DNA of 59,726 nucleotides from a bacterium (GTDB lineage Bacteria; Patescibacteriota; Microgenomatia; Levybacterales; UBA12049): NCBI GenBank assembly GCA_021780675.1, contig JAJXYH010000045.1, positions 1 to 59,726 of the forward strand, read 5' to 3'. Shown piece by piece: positions 57,655 to 59,726 of this stretch (position 1 is its first letter; each line of letters starts with the position of its first letter). The notes under the pieces were generated by a model. It saw only the letters and a program-made list of their open reading frames with translations, ran no database searches and was not told where the DNA came from. The position numbers and the translations under genes were made by a program.

Positions 57655-58623
57655 ATGAGAGAGCGGGAGTTAAAAGAGTATGTGGTGTTTGAGGGTGTAG
57701 AAATCCAACAGGGTAATGTTCCCTGGGTGTTTGACCATCCGGAAACAGGAAGGGTGTCAATTGATTCTTATTCGATTTGGGACTACGGAAATCATGCAGA
57801 GATTGCCAGGCGTTTAGCAAGTGGTCAGCGATGCGCAATTTATATGATGGGTAATTTTGGGGTTGGGGAAATTCGGGAGCTTGGAGAAAAACAAGGTGAA
57901 GATGTGATCTTTGATAAGGTGAAACAACGAGATAGAATGCAAACTTTAGTTGCTTTTGTCCACCCCGCAGAGATTGGGGAAATGATAGATGTCGAAAGAC
58001 TTCCGCAAGGGTTAAAAGATTTGAATGATCCCGTAAAGAGGTTAAGTTTGTTTGCAGGTCCTATGCACATGATTTTGCCAATAAAACCTGAAAAAACACC
58101 TGACATGGGAAAGGTAAGGGAAACAAAAGAAGCGGCGTTTTTTTGGATTCCAGGTCACAAGGCCTACGAAAAACTAGCAGAACATCTTAAGGGAAGGGTA
58201 AACGGGTTTATTGCCGGGGGGTCTTTGAATATTCATGGTCAGGAGCCGTGTTTTACAACTAGTGAACTAAGAGATCGTGAAATGGTTAAACATAAAGAAT
58301 GGCTTGAAAATATAGACTTTGTAATTCTTGATGAAATTTCCGAAAGTTCAAATATTGCAAGGTCACATACTCAAGTTTCGTTTATGCAAGATCCGCCAAA
58401 AGTAGTTAGGCTTGGTTCGGTGAGTGTGCAAAAAATAAAAAGGGACACAGGACTTAATTTGGAAATTGATTTGGAAAACGTTAGACTTGCCTCAAGTGCT
58501 ACTTCTTATAATTTAACCCACAACCAGGATAGCGATAGGAATGTAGAAATTGCTCTTGCCAGAATGGCCAGATTTCAGGCAGTTTTAGATAGAGGCGGTA
58601 AACTACCAGGCCCTGTAATGTAG
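57655..58623 (+). CDS. Divergent YrdC/Sua5 (TsaC)-like protein
   Basis: Ordered motifs IFDKVKQR, AGPMHMILP, WIPGH, GGSLNIHG, DFVILD, SHTQV, VVRLG mirror YrdC motifs. Confidence 0.55.
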   Translation: MRERELKEYVVFEGVEIQQGNVPWVFDHPETGRVSIDSYSIWDYGNHAEIARRLASGQRCAIYMMGNFGVGEIRELGEKQGEDVIFDKVKQRDRMQTLVAFVHPAEIGEMIDVERLPQGLKDLNDPVKRLSLFAGPMHMILPIKPEKTPDMGKVRETKEAAFFWIPGHKAYEKLAEHLKGRVNGFIAGGSLNIHGQEPCFTTSELRDREMVKHKEWLENIDFVILDEISESSNIARSHTQVSFMQDPPKVVRLGSVSVQKIKRDTGLNLEIDLENVRLASSATSYNLTHNQDSDRNVEIALARMARFQAVLDRGGKLPGPVM

Positions 58624-59726
58624 CCTAATACCGCACTTGAGGCAGCAATTATGGGAGATGAAAGGTAGGTTTTGCCTTTTCCTGTTCTTCCCGGGAAATT
58701 GCGGTTCGTTGCAAACAGTCCTGTTTCTCCTTCTTCAACCGAGCCGGGTCCGGCATTCATGCATGCTCCGCAGCCAATTGGTAAAAGTTCGGCACCTGCT
58801 TCAAGTAAATCGTAAATATAACCCCGTTTTTCAGCTTCATTCAGATTGTCGATAGAGCTTGCTTGTACGTAGAGTTTAACAGTATCGGCAATTTTTCTTC
58901 CCTTTAGTATTTTTGCTGCTTGTTTAAGGTCCTCAACAGTTCCATGAGTACATGAGCCGATGTATACTTTTTGTATTCCAATATGTTTTTTTTCTATTTC
59001 AGATAAAGGTTTTCCATTTTGTGTATCTCCAGGTTCCGAGACGGTTGGTTCGACTTTCCAAAGCTTTATATCAAATTCATGTGAATACTTTGCATTCTTG
59101 TCGGGAAATACCATTTGTTCTTCTATTTGTTTAAAAGGAATACCTCTTTTTTCATTTAAAAATCTAAACATTTGAATATTTGGCTCCAAAACACCCGAAA
59201 AACCAAGCAGTTCAATAGACATATTGGTAAGTTTTATTTGGTCATCAAACGGAATTTCATTTAACGCTCTTCCGCCAAACTCCAAAACTCTTCCGCTTCC
59301 GATTCTTTGTTTTTTAAACTCATCAGTTGCGCCAAGCCAAAGCATAAGGTCTTTTGTAGTTGTGCCTTTAGGAAGTGTACCTGTTAAATTTATGCGGATT
59401 GTTTCAGGGACTGTTATAACCATCTCATCATATGCAATTGCACCTGCCAAATCCAAAGCCCCTTTTCCAACGGAAAGGTTATTTAATACACCAACTGTGC
59501 AGGTGTGCGAGTCATTGCCCAATATTAATTGTCCGGGGAGTGCGTGGCTTTCAACCATTCTGGTATGACAGATTGCACTTGCTCCGCTGATTGGATTTGA
59601 TTCGTAATTTAGAACCTTAATTTGTCTTGCAAAAACAGTATGCTCATCTCTTAATGTTTGAGATGCCTGATCGCTTAATAGGGCAGTGTGGTCATTGTGA
59701 AGAGTTAACTTATCTGGGCGTTTTGC
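58575..59726 (-). CDS. Aconitase-family (LeuC/HacA-type) [4Fe-4S] hydro-lyase, 5' end beyond window
   Basis: Frame open to 59726 (AKRPDKLTLHNDHT...AICHTRMVESH); GNDSHTCT, GSCT, GCGACM, TNRNFPGR, LSSPIIAA. Confidence 0.92.
   Translation of the reverse strand, partial: AKRPDKLTLHNDHTALLSDQASQTLRDEHTVFARQIKVLNYESNPISGASAICHTRMVESHALPGQLILGNDSHTCTVGVLNNLSVGKGALDLAGAIAYDEMVITVPETIRINLTGTLPKGTTTKDLMLWLGATDEFKKQRIGSGRVLEFGGRALNEIPFDDQIKLTNMSIELLGFSGVLEPNIQMFRFLNEKRGIPFKQIEEQMVFPDKNAKYSHEFDIKLWKVEPTVSEPGDTQNGKPLSEIEKKHIGIQKVYIGSCTHGTVEDLKQAAKILKGRKIADTVKLYVQASSIDNLNEAEKRGYIYDLLEAGAELLPIGCGACMNAGPGSVEEGETGLFATNRNFPGRTGKGKTYLSSPIIAASSAVLGYITGPGSLPPLSKTA

Overview
AT-rich bacterial chromosome window in standard genetic code 11. 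Gene style (short 4-domain S1, CPR-type LeuRS/Ndk, giant Gly/Thr-rich surface proteins) suggests Patescibacteria/CPR, probably Microgenomates; this is inference, as no database search was run. It opens with the 3' end of a 23S rRNA interrupted by a 353-nt ORF-less group I intron at the E. coli 2500 site, followed by 5S rRNA. Housekeeping genes (rpsA, radA, rho, leuS, argS, ndk, mreB, tagA-like, galT-like, four tRNAs) are interleaved with a dense cell-envelope repertoire. This includes a GT2/GT-C/GT4 glycosylation cluster, a DUF11 protein with a PATG sorting signal, a sortase-DsbA-VKOR operon, an O-antigen-ligase/TPR protein, and a 1275-aa Gly-rich adhesin with an 822-bp tandem duplication plus a decayed paralogue. 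The best candidate for an undescribed system is a ~12-kb surface island (44984-56823). It holds a WxL/csc-like cluster headed by an excisionase-type HTH plus a catalytically degenerate PIN protein, and, divergently, a tail-fibre-like protein and a giant protein carrying an inserted M23 peptidase. Also notable: two copies of a ~110-nt covarying structured element, a decaying comEA/comEC locus, a DnaA-box cluster, degenerate tRNA halves, a divergent YrdC/Sua5-like gene, and an aconitase-family gene cut by the window end. No CRISPR array, transposase or integrase was found.
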